From Neolecta irregularis DAH-3 (Eukaryota), in assembly GCA_001929475.1 (NCBI GenBank), contig LXFE01000515.1, forward strand, positions 1-64,000: a stretch of DNA of 64,000 nt, read 5' to 3'. Each line of letters opens with the position of its first letter. Position 1 is the stretch's first letter. The notes beneath the pieces were generated by a model. The model did not search any database. It worked only from the letters and a program-made list of their open reading frames with translations, and was not told where the DNA came from. Positions 25,400-37,195 of the stretch are shown here, one piece after another. Both the position numbers and the translations under genes were made by a program.

Positions 25400-26964
25400 G
25401 CGACTCGAAGCATTTTTGTAAACTGTATCACAATTTCGAAGATTCTCGGGCAGTACAACTCGTTCTTGTTTCAAGAAAATCTTTAATTGTGGCGAACTTT
25501 TAGTGATCAGCAAATCGATCAGAATTCGCAAAGTACATTGCATAACGACAGGTGCCAGTCTGATGCAGCCAACCACTTGCTACAAGGTTCTCACAAGTCT
25601 ATATCATCAGTACATCATTCTTCAAAGGCATTTTACTGTCTTCAAACGCTTAGCCCACCCGTTAGGTAGTCTAGTGTCGGTTTGATTGCATGTATATTCT
25701 ACATGATTTCCTTTTGACTGGTTATCTCAATGCCTCATCCCATAGCGCGTACGAATGCCAGAGAAATGAACAGAGCGCTTTTCCCTGCTCAAAAGGTCCA
25801 GCGATTCAATGACCCTGTCCCGGTACAACATATCGAGTTCCAAAAAAGACAAGAGAAAACACAGATGGTTTAGGGGAAAATTGACGTCTGAGAATTGGCC
25901 GACGTGTGTGGAAGCCGTAATAGGCTAGCGTTACGGTACTTGGCACATATCCTGCTCAAAAAACAAATTTACATCCGCAAATCGAACGTCGCCCATGTCA
26001 GATTCGCATATGTGGCCAAGATTAACGGACCAGTTTGAAATATGATTTCTCCTTCGAGGCCAGTAACTCATTTGGAACCGGGACGCTCTTGTAATGTTGG
26101 TAGCATGACTCTGCCTCGAAGAGAGGATAAACAGTCCTTAACGTGATCTAGATTCACAAAAGGCACAGTTTGCTTAGTTGGCATATCTCTACAAACTGAC
26201 AGGACCTCTTCATTTGAGCTGCCAAGGATGAAGAATGCCTCCAAACAAAATCCCAACTTTGTGAGACATTGAAACCAAAGCCATTTGTGGAAGCGTTCGA
26301 AATAGACGCATCTCCATCTGTATGCCTACGAGCCTTGTTTCAGGAGAGAAATTAATACAAGTGCGTCTTCAGTTGAAACCGCTGCATCGTAAAACAGCAA
26401 CCTTCACAATCCATATTCGAATCCACGCAATTGGGAAATTTACGAGTAGTCTGTTTTCCCATCGCAGATAGTGACATGGTGGTTGTTTTGACTTTTCATC
26501 TCAGCAGCCGCCTTGATGCTCGGACCACTTGCTTAGAGAAACACCAATGTCTTTCCAACAAACTATCCTCGATAACTCGCACCGATAACATTCTGAATCG
26601 TCTGAATTTCAAAACAAGCACTAATGTCATTATTAGGATTACCTGGAGCTGGCGACAGGTAACATCAGATGTTTCTCTTACTAGGGCCTTTCCTCATCTA
26701 TTTTACCAAATGTCAGTCGCGCTGGTCCCCGGGATGGCACTGGGCGTTAGCCTAAAGCCATTGGATTTTGAGGAACAAAGCTAATGATGAGCCAAAACTC
26801 GATTTGCAGTAGCTCGTCGTACTCGATCTTTGTATCTTAAAACAAATCACATCAAATTTCGCAGCATAGTTTTCGTCATTCTCACCATTTGCAACTAGGC
26901 GCCAACGTAATTTCACCCGGAGTTTGTTATAAGTTGGCCCGTTTGCGACTTTTCATCAAAAATC

Positions 26965-27915
26965 ATGAAGAACAATAACCTTAGAATCAACGCTATGCCA
27001 TGCGCCGCAACCGAAGCCGACGAAGAAGCCTTTTCTAGTCTTACCCGCCGTTCCTGTATCACAGATCCCATCGCATCTATCAATCGCCCAACATTGCCAC
27101 TTCCACCAGCGCTCTCAGTATCAAGCCAACTGCCGTCGAGATCTTGGTATTCTGTCAGTCTACCATCCATCTCTGCATTGACAGCAGAAGTTAATCCACA
27201 AGGACAACTGTATATGAGGCTCGGGCCCTCTAATCCTGGAAGAAAACGGCCATCTTCTACGTTTGCGTCTCATGAGTACGAGACAACACCGTCTCCTACA
27301 TCCTCTGTAGACATGGAAAGCTATCTACAAGTTCAGCGCCCCGGGCTACGCAGAATGCACTCGCTCGAGAACTACAGGACTCCCTACAGCCGGGAACAAC
27401 AGAGCTCAAGTATCCGCACTGTTTCCGGCAAGCCAGACGATCATCCACCTTTGCTCAGTATAAATGCGCTTCGTTCTCAACGCGCATCACTTTCATCATC
27501 AATTTCGAGTCGTTCTCCAGCATTTCCATCTACCCCACAACTTACAGTACAGCCTTCGAATATGCCTTCATCGTTTCGATGTCCTCCACTGCCGCCCATT
27601 GAGCCTGGAGCGAAGAACACTTCCTTTTCCACTTCACTGTTTCCATCTGCAAAAGGTGGTCTGCCAACAGATGATGATGACAACCCTCTCCAAGGTCGTC
27701 CTAAATCCAACGATTTTGTCGATGAGAAAAGAAAACGTAATGCCACCGCATCGGCTAGGTTTAGGCTTCGCCGAAAAGAACGAGAGCGTGAGATGGCTGC
27801 ACGGATCGCGCAGTTGGAAGAAGATTTGAAGAAAGTATCTGAAGAACGCGACAAATGGAAAGGTACTGCGCAGTCCCAAATGGGGTCTTCCCAAAGTCGA
27901 ATGGACACATCCTAA
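26965..27915 (+). CDS. bZIP transcription factor
   Basis: C-terminal basic region KRKRNATASARFRLRRKERE followed by a leucine zipper. S/P-rich N-terminus. Confidence 0.9.
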   Translation: MKNNNLRINAMPCAATEADEEAFSSLTRRSCITDPIASINRPTLPLPPALSVSSQLPSRSWYSVSLPSISALTAEVNPQGQLYMRLGPSNPGRKRPSSTFASHEYETTPSPTSSVDMESYLQVQRPGLRRMHSLENYRTPYSREQQSSSIRTVSGKPDDHPPLLSINALRSQRASLSSSISSRSPAFPSTPQLTVQPSNMPSSFRCPPLPPIEPGAKNTSFSTSLFPSAKGGLPTDDDDNPLQGRPKSNDFVDEKRKRNATASARFRLRRKEREREMAARIAQLEEDLKKVSEERDKWKGTAQSQMGSSQSRMDTS

Positions 27916-29064
27916 TTTTTTATTGGAGATATATCATGTGGTTAATATTGTGGATATCAGTAATGTGTATGGTGCGAATGGTGTTTGTTATTAGGACTGT
28001 AGATCTAATATCTAATTTTTGGTTGAAGAATTGAAAGAGAAAGATATAGTATGAACGTACACAAGTGATGCCGGCTCCAGCAAATGGTTTCTATCAACGG
28101 TATTGCTGAAATGTAACAGTTTAGTTTGGGCCAGGCCGAAGTAGTGTGCAGCTCAATTATTCAGATCAAGACTACATCATTGGTGTAACGCCTGGTCTTC
28201 CACTTTAGAATGATAAGAAACAGTCGAAATTGGCCAGCTTTTAACGCGCTGGATTAAACTAAACTCAAAGAGTACATCACATAATTAGTTGGGGCAGGAA
28301 ATGTAGATCATATCCAGAAGGTTTCTTACTGTAATTCTACCCAACATTAATGAGCGCCGGAAATTCCTGTCAATTGCTCTGTTAGAACTGAGGGTTCGGT
28401 TTCAGGCTATTTGCTATCGAATTGATCAATATTGAAAGGGCCAGTTGCACAAAGTCTGCTGGCCTGAATCACCCGCTTAGCATCGAGTCTGGCTCGTGCA
28501 AAAAAGAAGTCGGGGCTATTCAGATGATTGAGTTTTAGATAGTGTTAGCCACTTATTGCTTAAAATATACCAAAAGTCGTAGAAACAGCGCATCATCTGA
28601 CACCGGAAACGCGAGAAATAATATCCCTAGAAGGGTTTCAACCTTTAGCTGTGAACCTTGAAAAAAGCGACCAACTTCAACCTAAAGCGTAAAAATCCTG
28701 TTCAGATGAACCGAATAAAAATTACAGGGCTCGTAGCATAAAACGTCACAAAAAAAGTCTGTTACTAGTGAACATCAATAAATATTCTACAGGTAGATAA
28801 GAGTGATTACAGATCGTTATTTGAGTTCCGAGCCTATAGCCGCTTGAAATAGTAGTATAGAGGGCATGTATCTTTCAATACCATAGAGAACCATATACCC
28901 AACGCCAGAGCAGGGTTGGCAGACTTTCCTTGTTTCGACCGGCAAAAACAATGGACAAGGATCTTTTTTTAGCTCTCTGTATTTCGAGCAAGGAATTCTT
29001 AGCGCCCGTAGAAGAATGCAACAAAAGCGTCCGATGTGGAATTTATCAATTCATATCCTGAACG

Positions 29065-31246
29065 ATGACACTCAACAATCCCATGAAATCCCCGGCTATT
29101 TCTAAGGCATCAACCGTTTTGGATGAAGATGGGCGTCAACTGGTACGAATCTCAGCGGAGCATTGACATTCCTTCGTCCTTTCATCTGTGAGTAGAGGTG
29201 ATGAAAAGTTTACCCACCAAACGACGCTGCAAGAAACAATGACAGTGGGGTGCCCCTAAAAAGGCTGAGATGATACCCATTGAACTTGCCTCACGGTAAT
29301 GCGTGCGAAAGGATTTGTCATTGCTTCTTGCGCTGTACGTTTCCAGGTTTTCGGCTAACCATCTGCAGCATGCTATAGGTTACACTCAGGTGCATTGTTA
29401 TGTTGATATATCGACCTAACAAGTAGACTTTGAAACGGTCCTTTGATTTGTTTGAAAGCTTTGCTGCCAGCTTTGGTATATCCTGCGTCATGGCAAGCCA
29501 GCTTATGGACAGCGGCAGTTTATGTCTTTTCAGGTCTTCGATTCCTGTTCAGCACTTCAATTGCTGCCGGAGGGCCTGCAGCATACTGGTGGACCGGTCT
29601 TTTTGGAAAAACAACTGATTTAAGGTCATCATATATTATCTGTGTGATCTTTACGTTGGTCACCGCTGCAGTTCTCGCAGAGATATGTTCGGCTTTGCCA
29701 GCTGCTGGCTCCGTCTATCTGTGAATCTTCCGTCTATCTAAAAGTTTATATTGGTAGCTGGGCTGCTTCGTCAGGTGGACTAAAATATGGTCGTTTCTTT
29801 GGTTTCCTAACTGCTTGGTGTACGAGATTCTACATGCATTAGATACTTACTCGCAAGGGGCAATTACCGCATGGGCCACTTTTGTTGCAAGCCTTTCACA
29901 AGTCGTCATGTACTTTGCACTTTCTGTATTCTACTAAACCATTCTTCAACTTATCGCAAAGGAACTCACAATCTTTGATGTTGAATCCTTTCCACAAACA
30001 CCAACCGATATCAAATTTAGAGCAGTCGTGTGGATTGGCGGCCAAATCGTTCTCGCAGTTATGATTGGCCTGAATTTGGTCTCTCCAGGCCATTACAAGT
30101 TCATTTTCCGTTTCGCTACTGCGATGATTATGCTCGACTTTTTTCTCAACTTAATTTGGCTTCCGATTGGCGTTAATAGGACGTATGGTTTTCAAAGCGC
30201 CAAGTTCGTTTTCACGAAAACGTATAACAAAACTGGAGCATCGCCCGTTTGGAATTGGATGTTGAGTTTCTTTGCAACAGGCGGTGCACTTGTTGGTTTT
30301 GATGCGTCCGGTCACATTGCCGAGGAAACGCACAATGCTGTATCTCCTATACTGCACAATTCTCGTTGATTGTTTAGAGTTTAGTCGCTGCCCGCGGTGT
30401 ATTCTTGAGTGCATTAATGAGCTGTGTCTTTGGATTTCCATTTATCATGCTTTTCCTCTTTTGCACAGCAAGTTGAACAATTCTTCATCATAGTAACGAG
30501 CCAGCCTGATGTCGACCAATTATTTGCTCTTGACACCCCCCAACCAATAGTTCAATTCTATGCATTGTCTCTTGGTCAACACGGACACGTCCTTATGAAC
30601 GTTGTTCTTATTATTGCCATGATTTTGGTACATTTCTTTTAATCATGGCTAACAATAGAATGGTGCGGTATCCACAGTTGCTGCCTCCCGATTGGTCTAC
30701 GCAATTGCTCGAGATGGAATTTTACCCTTTTCTGGGTATATTCGTCGACTTGCGCCTAATGGTCAACCTCGCAATGCTATTTTCGTGATCTGGGGAGTAG
30801 GAGCCACTTTGCTCTTCACGATTTTAGGCAGCCCTGTTGCATTTAACAGCCTAGTTTCCGCAGCTGGAATGCCGACCTTTGCTTCTTGGGCTCTTATTGC
30901 ATGTATGCGTATTAATTACATGTTCAATCTGGCTAATCGGCCAGTTGGCCGAGCATTTATCACACCAAACAATTTCAAGAACCCACGATGGTCCCTTGGA
31001 AAGTTTTCAAGGCCCTTTCGTGTCCTGGCATTCATTTACACCTCGTTCATGTGTTGTGTCCTTTGTTCGCCTCTCCAGTTTCCGGTAACGATTGATACAT
31101 TCAACTTTTGTCCCATTATATTCCTTGTGGTTACGATATTGGCTGTCATTTCATGGTGGCTCACGCCAGAAGACAATTGGTTGGAAAAAAGATTCATTCA
31201 ACATATACAGGAAGACAAACTCTTATATCCACAACTTCAAAAGTAA
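29065..31246 (+). CDS. APC-superfamily permease (UGA4/HNM1/Thi9-like); many introns; candidate thiamine-related transporter
   Basis: DEDGRQL|HAIGYTQ|TLKRSFDLFESF, LAEICSALPAAGSVY, GFDASGHIAEET, SRLVYAIARDG and WSLGKFS motifs, with multiple TM helices. Confidence 0.9.
29229..29331 (+). promoter_or_regulatory. TPP riboswitch aptamer in intron 1 of the permease
   Basis: Core reads GGGGTG-CCCCT AAAA AGG-CTGAGA-TGATACCC-ATTGAACTTG-CCT-CACG GTAAT G CGTG-CGAAAGGA. It is closed by P1 GCAAGAAACAATGACA (29229-29244) pairing with TGTCATTGCTTCTTGC (29316-29331). Confidence 0.9.
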
Positions 31247-32995
31247 AACCAAGCGCCAAAGACCAATGAATATACAAAACTGTATTGGTTCTATAGAATG
31301 AATATGGACGCGCATTCTACTGTTATTAGTTGTGATTACCATGAAAGATTACCTCTAGATCACCCCAATGTTTGTTTTGAGGATGATGACAATGTTGAGG
31401 TGCATGAACTATTGGAGGCCTTGCGTTTCACTTCTTTCCGCTTCTTGCAGACCTTTCGCTCGACATATCTGTAAATGAAATATACGGCGATATCCAAAGT
31501 GGCGTCTTTGAGTGCCTGGACAGGGGAAGGCATGTTGTGCATTGATGGAGTGATAAGGACAAAGGGGGCGGTCAAGTTACTTTATAGGGTATATCTTTAC
31601 AGTCAGTGCGTCATCTGGGTACCCGTTGCGTCGTTCCTGAGCGAGATTCCAGCCGTAGTGATTAAAATCAGCAAGAAGGCTGGCATTCAAATCGCAAAGG
31701 GCAATACTCATATTATATGCTACTCAATATGGCAGCACCTGAATCATGACAGATGAGATGGCCCGTCATGAATACTCGGCATCCGCATATTCGAGGCCAA
31801 TGGGATTATTGTGTCTGGGTGGGTCATCCGCCACAAATGACAAACATGAAACGAGTCCCCTAATTCCAGTCCAAGATTTATATCGGCATTCTTTAGAATT
31901 ATCAAAATAACCCTACTTTATTGTGCGTTTTGCTTTCCTTTTGGTGTTTTGGCATGTAATTTATGTATTAATCAGAGTCTTGACTCAAGTCTCGTTTCGG
32001 GTACCTTGACCGTGTGGCACCGCTGACGAGATATTGCAAATTTCAACTTTAATTCCGTCAACCCATTCATTCACCTGTCCCTATTCCTCCTTGACCGGAT
32101 CCAGGATGATGATGGCGGGTATTTCCTTTTTTCCTTTTTTTTCAATTATCTATTTATCTCTACTTCCGGGGAGGCTGGTAGCCTGCTGCGCAGCCATCGA
32201 CCGCTCCCGGATTTTCCTCCTCTGTAATATCTCGTCGACTGCTCTTTCCATTTGATACCAGCCTGCTGCTGGCGGCTATTAAAAGGGCTGGTCTTCTGTT
32301 TTGTTAGTGTATTAATCTATTTCCGTTTCTAAGTCTTGAGGGCCCAAGAGACTGAAATCCTGGACGACCACGCTCACCAATCAACAATCTATAAACCTAT
32401 AAACCCTTGCAACATCTAACTACACCCTGCGTGCAACAACCGCTTCGCACAATTACAACTTTGACAGCCCCCTCTAGACTACATTACGTCATGTTTTTTT
32501 CTAGCAGATCATTTTGAAGAATGACACATTTAAACTATACTGGAATATATAGACTGGAATCCATAGAATTTCTAGACCCTTGTTCTTGTATTGCAGTCAC
32601 GGGCCTGCAACCACCCTACGCGTCTGTGGTACGAAAATGATATTGTAATCTTTTGGAGGATATTTTCAAGTGGTCTCTTGTTTGGCTTTTCCTTTGGTCA
32701 AAGTCTCAGTTTCTATAACCAAAGCTGCTGTTCTGTTTTCTATAAGTAGACCTGTAGGTGCTTGCTTGTAAGACCGATGAATAATGCTCTATTCATCCAG
32801 CAAAGGAATCTTACCATCGTTTTTTCTCGGTTTATACAAGTCATCTAAGTCTGCAAAGCTCTACAATTGCAGTCTGCGTGTAACACGCCCTTTCCGGGAA
32901 ATATCTCACTAACAAGTAACGTACAGTAGTCTCATTGAATCTCTCTTACAAACCACACAAGGATAAAGATATTTTTCGAAAAACGATGACAATTG

Positions 32996-33866
32996 TTAAT
33001 CAATAGACTCCTCTTCCAACCCTATGATGAACTCCCAATCTTCCTTGGAGACTTTTGATACACTCAACTGAGATCTCTTCAACATCTCCAAATTACTCAG
33101 TTGAGTAAATTTATATTGTTTCAAATTGGTCAGTGTGATTATTCGGTTTAAGTGACGCGTGAATTGAACGTCGACCATAAACCACCTTGGATCCTCTTTT
33201 TGCGATTTATGATCGAAATATGGATGATTTTCATCCCATGCTGTGTCTATTTGTATTAATAAAGTTGGGAGTGTCGGGAGCGTGCAATCTGGATATGCTT
33301 CTTTGATGATCTCCAATTTTGTTAGCATCAAAATCGACTGCAAGTGAATTACCTCTACGACACCTGTATATTGTATTTAGCCCCAAATATGTTTGTTATG
33401 GGAAGGGGGGACATACCTACGATTCCTGGGTTTTTGCAATTACTATGGTAAAAAAATGCCAAATCGCCTTTTTTCATTCCATACCACATATTATTCCTCG
33501 CTTCATAATTGCGCTTGATGATTAGGAAATACAATCGTTCTCATCCTTTTAATACCACGCCTTCCCAACTAGACGTTCTATATCACGGCTTTAGCATCGC
33601 GGTGGAAGAGAGAGAGGTATACCCCAGTTTCTCGAGATCATGGATACTGAATTTAACGTCCTTTCCTTTTACAATTCTGGTTTCTGGTTCCGCTTTAATT
33701 AGCCAGTATCGTTTCCCCCCGATTTCTCTCTCCAAATGATCAGAATATTATTATTATTTTATATTGAGAGAAATACTTTATACGGCTGTTCAAGTTGATA
33801 CTCTTTTTCCTTTAAACGTTTCGATTGGATGGTTTCATCGTTGGTGGGTTTGCGCTTAGGGGGCAT
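32996..33866 (-). CDS. EVE domain protein (THYN1-like)
   Basis: RYWLIKAEPE, KFSIHDL, WEGVV.., FFYHSNCK.PGI, HPYFDHKS, PRWFMVDV and QLSVSKV motifs. Confidence 0.9.
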
Positions 33867-33901
33867 GGGAGAAGGTGAACTCAGTCAGACGATCACCACT
33901 A

Positions 33902-34609
33902 ATGATCTATCTCGTCCATCGAACCCTGGTCTCGAAAATATTTCCATTGCTGATACGAAAATATGTAAACCCGGTAATCGATCCAAAGATTGGGCCACTA
34001 AGGGACGCGTTTCGGTTACATGTGTATTCGGGTACCTTGTTCGAGGAGATATTTTATTAATCTGACTTAGAGCCGTTGAAAATATATGTTATTGGTGCCA
34101 AAGTTTTGTCGATGGCACTTCTTGCTTGTGGAGTTGGAATATGTTGGATTGAGCGAAATGAATTTACGTTATTTCAAGGGACTATGATTCGTACGTGTTG
34201 TTTTTTGAGGAATGTTGATGAAGTAGTTGGGGTGGCATCGGTATATCCGATATTGATTCACAAACTTATGATTTCGGTTACGGTGTTGGATACGTATCTG
34301 GTTCTTCCCAAGAGCGCGAAATTAGGCAAAGTTTATCGAATGCCTATTACAAAATTAGCGGATGATGCGGTAATTCAGTTTGAGACGTTGGGATGGCTTG
34401 GTCTACGAAAGAAGACGAGGGTTTCTTTGGAAAATTTGAAGCCGATTAAGCCAAACTGGTATTCTAACAAATGGAGGAATTTACAAACTATTGAGGGGCC
34501 AAAGAGGTATTTTATGATTACGAAAAATGAAAAGATGCCGCCATTGATGAGACAATTCTGGAAAAAAGTCACACAACAGACACCCATCAAAGATATGTCT
34601 ACTAAATAA
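33902..34609 (+). CDS. Hypothetical two-TM protein, probably mitochondrial
   Basis: Basic/hydroxylated N-terminus, two hydrophobic segments, plausible short introns, and FETLGWLG before a basic tail. Confidence 0.55.
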
Positions 34610-34612
34610 GAC

Positions 34613-35132
34613 TTATAATTCATCTTTTTGTTCCTTATGCCCAAAAATCTTTAGCAGTTCAACTTCAAAAACAAGGGTGCTTCCAGGTGTGATGACGCCC
34701 ATGGCTCGGTCTCCTACACTGTTAGTGACAACACTGGGGGGTAAGAGAACCGTATGCCATGTCGGCGGGAATAACAAGCTTTCGCTTATCTCCGACGCAC
34801 ATATCTAGCAAGCCTTGATCCCATCCTTTGATAACTTGGCCGACACCGAGAACGAAATCAAAAGGTTGGTTTCTGCTTGTTAGCACGAGATGGATGAGAG
34901 CATACCGATCATATGAGGCATCGAATTTGGTTCCATCTTCGAAGAGCGTTCCAACGTAGTTCATGCTGAGCTTATCTCCCTTTTGGGTTTTGCGGGTGCA
35001 GTCTTCAGCTTTTCTTAATATGCCTGTCTGTATTAAAGTAGAAAAAGGTTAATCTATGCCAATTTGAAGAGTCTTTGGCGGCTCTGCGGCCAGAACGGCG
35101 AATGCATAGAGGGCGAGCGTGAATAGTTTCAT
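34613..35132 (-). CDS. FPR2: ER FKBP-type peptidyl-prolyl isomerase
   Basis: Signal peptide, [31 protein letters not shown], and C-terminal KDEL. Confidence 0.93.
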
Positions 35133-35344
35133 TGAGGGGTATTTCAAGTAGGAGTCACTTTTTATACCACGTGGATGAGATTACACAAAAGAAGCAGATA
35201 CATACACAAGATATTAACAAGCAACGCTGTATTAGCAAAAGGAGATAATCTACAACTCGTCATCTGGAGTTGGCACTCTGAGTCTCTTTCGAGAATGCAT
35301 TTTTGTGGGCTGCAGCTGGAACAGGTGAGTCTGGCTGTTTTTGT

Positions 35345-35839
35345 CTACTCCCTGTTCAAAGAGGTGGGGCTGTTCGTGGGGTCGTTCCTGGACTGGGGCG
35401 GAAAGCATAGCTTTGTAAGCTGTTTGTTGGGTGAGATAGGCGTGAGTTTGAGCTATGGCTCTTGCATGGGCTTTAAGGGTGATATCTGTGCGTTGGGCGG
35501 ACTGGATGCATTGGAACCGGAGGGAGTTTATGTGGACTGGGATGGCGTCAAGGGCGGATTTAACAGACTGGCGGTCCTCTGTAGAGGACTGGCGGTTCTT
35601 GTCGACGATGAATGCGGTTTTGACGAGACTGTGGATGAGTGAATAGCGGGGTGGGGGGAGTACCGTTGCTGGAGATTGGCGATGGTGGAGGTGAGAAGGT
35701 CAATGATATTGCTCTGGACGTCTAGGCGGCGGTGGAGATGGGATATTTGGAGGAGCAGAGTGTCAATTGAGGGATGTGGATGTGGATGTGGTTCTGTTTG
35801 AGTGGAGGGAGATGGAGATGGAGATGTAGAGTTGGTCAT
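35345..35839 (-). CDS. Orphan hypothetical protein (one inferred intron)
   Basis: ATG exon plus a ~35-nt GT-AG intron gives an open second exon with C-ending codon bias. No recognisable family. Confidence 0.4.
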
Positions 35840-36075
35840 GGTAGTACGGAATGAATAGGGATGGAGTGGTGAGTAAGAGGGATAGAGGAGAGGGGAGGAG
35901 AGGAGAGAAAGAGGAGATTCGATAAAAGATACAAAGATCAAGTGCAATGCAGTTTGCAGTAACTGCTGGTGTCCCTGTCCGCTCACAGTGCACTCCTCCA
36001 CTCTTACCTCTCCCCTCATCCACTTCTCCTATTTCTGCCACCACTTTACTCCTACTACCATTTGTACTAACCCCC

Positions 36076-37011
36076 ATGCACGTCCACAGATACATCCTCT
36101 CGCTGCTTCTCCCTGCTGCATTTGCGATACAATGGTCCTTTGACGATGCCGAGCTGCGCTTGACAGGCGAGTCTGCGGCCCGCAGTTACGTGCTTTCGCC
36201 TACAACTCTACTAGCCACCCCGCTGACCTTGGGACCGTCCGACTCGCTCACTCTGACATTGCGGGCTCATGACGGGACGAAACACTCGCGGCCGCATCAG
36301 GCCTCGCTTCTGGTGCGCGACCCAGTGTCTGGCCTAGAGTCGCATTTTGTTATTGCGGCACGGGATTCGGGCAATGCATCGCTTTCACTGGTAATTTTCT
36401 GGTTCTATTTGTGACTGACGGTGGCAGAAACGCATTGATATTCCTGCGCTGCTGCTATCCGCGGAGGTTGTGACACTTACTGTCGTTCTCGCTTCCTTTA
36501 GTTCATCCGCGCCGCTCGCCCATGACATCGCCCAGCTCCACTTGCCCTCTCCATCACCACCATCACCACCATCGTCGTCGCTGCTCCCGGAAATTGTGCA
36601 TACATTCCGCCCTGATCCGCCGCTGCCTCACACAGTTGTAGCCGCTGTGAGTGCTCTGCTGCCAGTCATCGCCGGTCTGTGTCTCATCGCCGTAGTACGT
36701 ATATTTGTCGTCATTTCTCACATATACAGTGGTTCTATGCAGGCGCAAACATGACCGCCATGACCCGCGCAGTCGCCGCCGCTCCAATTGCTCATCCGCT
36801 CTTTTTCGTCTCCCTCGCCGCCTACGAGTGCCTCTTCTACACCTACTGGATCTCCGCTGGCCTCCTCCGTGTCCTTGTCTATGCCGCAGCACTCGCTCCC
36901 ATCACATTCTTCTCCGGCAGGCGAGCCCTGGGAGAAACTATGGACAGGCGCAGGACATACGAGCAGTGTCAGGACGTTTGTGGAAGCTCCCGTCTCGCCT
37001 CCTTTAGATAG
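36076..37011 (+). CDS. SWP1: Oligosaccharyltransferase delta subunit (ribophorin II)
   Basis: Signal peptide, W...RPHQASLLV, LPEIVHTFRPDP, and three C-terminal TM helices ending GRRAL. Confidence 0.9.
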
Positions 37012-37195
37012 ACTGAGTATATGCATCAATATAAAAAATATTGGACCGAAGATACGTCTTTTGTAGAGCATATAAGTAGTGCATATAAACACTGGTGCTG
37101 CCACCAGAATCGTAGTCCATCTGTGTGGTCAGTATTTCAGTTAGACAGGCACACCTTCTCGCAGCAGCTTTATAAGGCTTTGTTGTTGGATTCAT
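36969..37195 (-). CDS. Small (~50 aa) single-TM fungal protein
   Basis: MNPTTKPYKAAARR|WTTILVAAPVFICTTYMLYKR|LYLKEARRELPQTS. Two short GT-AG introns with CTGAC/TTGAT branch sites. Confidence 0.6.

Noticed and set aside
25400-26965. uORF control or hidden genes upstream of the bZIP
   Set aside because: The short ORFs show no coding bias or motifs. A long regulatory region is normal for a transcription factor, and no convincing uORF pattern is visible.
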